Made by a program: the position numbers and the translations under genes. This document shows positions 62,701 through 64,000 of a stretch of DNA of 64,000 nt, in pieces; the stretch's first letter is position 1, and every line of letters starts with the position of its first letter. This DNA comes from Marsupella aquatica (taxonomy: Eukaryota > Plantae > Marchantiophyta), in the NCBI GenBank assembly GCA_973895155.1, contig OZ316896.1, positions 4,006,738 to 4,070,737 of the forward strand, read 5' to 3'. Under the pieces are notes generated by a model, which saw only the letters and a list, made by a program, of their open reading frames with translations, did not search any database and was not told where the DNA came from.

Positions 62701-62982
62701 AGACTTATCACTGAAATGGGATTGCCACAGGGGAATGTGAAGCTCCATTGTGATAGTCAAAGTGCGCTCCACCTTGCTGTGAACCAGGTGATGGACAGCA
62801 GAGTGAAGCACATTGACGTTAGGTACCATTTTATCAGGCAGGCTGTGTCTGATAATTTGTTTGAGCTAGTCAAGATTGATGGTAAACTCAACCCGGCTGA
62901 CGCATTTACCAAAGTGATTCCTTTGGAGAGTTTCTCTAGACACCGTGACGTATTGCAGGTTTTGCAATTGCATCACAAGTAG
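59710..62982 (+). CDS. pol: copia pol (protease, GAG-pre-integrase, integrase, reverse transcriptase, RNase H), open and in frame with gag
   Basis: WILDCACSFH; LWHSRLGH...CEHC; IHSDVWGP, LRSDNGGEY, QQNGVAER; YKARLVAKGF, SLYGLKQSPRQW, LYVDDML; GYVDSDY, AEYVA, CDSQSA, KHIDVRYHFIR, NPADAFTK. Confidence 0.95.
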   Translation, partial: SWGYALCTSSRRADDVWILDCACSFHICYIREFFSSYSVSNGSVLMGNDHSCQIEGIGSVKIQMFDGAVRTVSGVKYVPGMRKNLISLDVLDSNGHQWSVIDGELQVRSGETVILKGSRQKNLYVLQGNTVCGEANVTKSHEEMTQLWHSRLGHMSEKGLAILRKNGLISDLQSCKLEFCEHCILGKQHRRAFGVGTHRSKAVLEYIHSDVWGPSPTPSHSGKLYYVSFIDDYSRFVWIYFMTHKSDVLSIFKKWKAQVENQTGNTIKCLDTRVKSLRSDNGGEYTSMEFEEYCSEQGITRHLTIVYTPQQNGVAERLNRTLLERSRSMLSQSGLPQEFWAEAVNAAAYLVNLSPSSAINFKTPFEMRYKRQADYHGLVVFGSDAYALTPKQNRTKLDPTSRKCVFLGYQSGVKPYRLWDPIACKLVVSRDVSFNESRLLKEGENTQVSRTDKGKSPIPDLVEGEIGYEVHDRREGVAPIMELVPVPEEPEEFVDAGEQQVDAVELQIVPAHVDQPESSARRTSGRTVRAPPRYGQWVDSSQLQEDDFTTDDEGDALILEEGEPSSFHEASASKEKQKWTAAMQTEMQSLKDNKTWELVKLPKGQQVVDSKWIYKLKDNSIGGGSKVYKARLVAKGFTQEKGVDYNEVFSPVAKYSTIRLLCVLVIIFGLLLDQMDIVTAFLYGTLEEVIFMRQPLGFVKRGQEELVCRLLKSLYGLKQSPRQWNKRFDDWIRSQGFHRSVFDPCVYLKPVKNVVFGFIVLVLYVDDMLIVAKDRSEIVKLKALLSAEFKMKDLGPAKRILGMEITRDLEPGKLWLTQSSYARKVIARFNMGNSKPVSTPLAPHFKLSLAFCPTDDTEKGLMSKVLYDKAVGSLMYLMTCTRPDLAMAMGKVSRYMSNPGKVHWEAVKWIIRYLKGTVDHGLLFDANAKNAKSLIGYVDSDYGQDLDRRRSTTGYVFILGGGCINWRSTLQKCIAQSTTKAEYVAAAEAAKESIWLDRLITEMGLPQGNVKLHCDSQSALHLAVNQVMDSRVKHIDVRYHFIRQAVSDNLFELVKIDGKLNPADAFTKVIPLESFSRHRDVLQVLQLHHK

Positions 62983-63172
62983 AGTTTTCTTAACATTCAT
63001 TGTAATTACTGATATATGCTCTTCCTCATTCCTATGTATTAGGCTACGGCTTAGTTCTGGTTTGCTCTAGTTAGAGAGGGAAACCGGTTTGGTTTTTGTC
63101 CAGAACTTCCCGCTGAGGGATCATATACATTGGCAGTATTACTCTCCCCTAGACCAGAGTCAAGGGGAAGAT

Positions 63173-63593
63173 TGTTGGGTATTTACTCTTACGTCTAGGT
63201 TAGGTATGACGTGGTTGGTACAATAACGTGGGTTGGTACAACTACGTGGTTAGGTACAACTACGTGATTAGGTACAACTATGTGGTTAGGTACAACTACG
63301 TGATTAGGTACAACTATGTGGTTAGGTACAACTAAGTTGCACACTATATCATAAGAGGCATGTGTGCTTGGAGAGGTAGAACCAAGGCTCATTGTTATGG
63401 AGCCACTTGAGAGATAGGGAGAGCTTACACTGTGGAGACTCGGTATAGCCGACGGGCTTAGAGTTCAGTAAAGCTCTCTTGTGTGTTCCCGTGGACGTAG
63501 CCTCAAGGAGGTGAACCACGTATCTCTTGTGTCGACTATTGTGCGTTGGATGGTTCATGGGCTTGCCGTTGCGATCATCGTCTATGCTCAACA
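63173..63593 (+). repeat. 3' LTR (421 bp)
   Basis: Preceded by PPT at 63162-63171, followed by TSD ggtta at 63594-63598. Confidence 0.95.
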
Positions 63594-64000
63594 GGTTAAG
63601 GGTCAGCGTTGGGATGACCATCAGGGCCCCCTGCTTGTGAGGGCCATACAAGGACCTGAGTAAGGGCAAGCATGAGGCAGAGTGGGGCGGGTTCTAGGTG
63701 TAGGCGGCAAGGGCAAGGGCCAGGTGCAAACCAGGGTGAGTGAGTCCTGGGAGGGATTGGGCTTTGGGGGGGGGCGGCTGGCAGCAGGGCGAGGGGGCTT
63801 GATACAGTCAATGATTGATGGGCAGGGCAATTTATGGGCAGGGCAATGTCCCTGCCAAAATGACAATTATGTTTGATCATAACACTTCAGAGAGGAATAT
63901 TTAGAAAGGTCTGGCCAAAGGTTACTATAGTTGTTAGATCGCATAAATTTGTAAACATGAAATCTCATACTAATTGTAATCTAACAATTTCATTTACAAA

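Larger units (their letters stand above)
57993..63593 (+). mobile_element. Full-length Ty1/copia LTR retrotransposon (Tnt1/Tork-like)
   Basis: LTRs 57993-58431 and 63173-63593 (TG...CA), TSD ggtta on both sides, PBS tggtatcagagc, PPT aaggggaaga, domain order gag-PR-IN-RT-RH. Confidence 0.97.

Overview
Eukaryotic land-plant genomic DNA, most likely a bryophyte such as a liverwort (inferred from gene content and intron style, not proven). Clear plant genes: a 13-exon plastid beta-ketoacyl-ACP synthase II (minus, 42624-48209), a trihelix transcription factor (26251-27228), an intronless F-box gene (37905-39197) and a coiled-coil + DUF3444 gene (17718-19574). A near-complete Ty1/copia LTR retrotransposon with a perfect 5-bp TSD sits at 57993-63593. 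An older solo LTR of the same family (24078-24778) carries a nested TIR element. There is also a Mutator-like element with a perfect 9-bp TSD (52751-54115), small MITE-like hairpins, several tandem arrays, and a valyl-tRNA synthetase pseudogene fragment. The most notable signal is a set of genes whose proteins resemble filamentous-ascomycete families rather than plant ones: a frameshifted RNase H with a Cys/His-rich N-terminus, a decayed MYND-finger gene, two tandem pRiA4b-ORF3/MM3350-like genes (all within the first 15 kb), and an intact multi-pass DUF7702-like membrane gene with a 613-nt intron. This suggests fungus-to-plant horizontal transfer at different stages of retention and decay. Family assignments come from recalled motifs; no database search was run.
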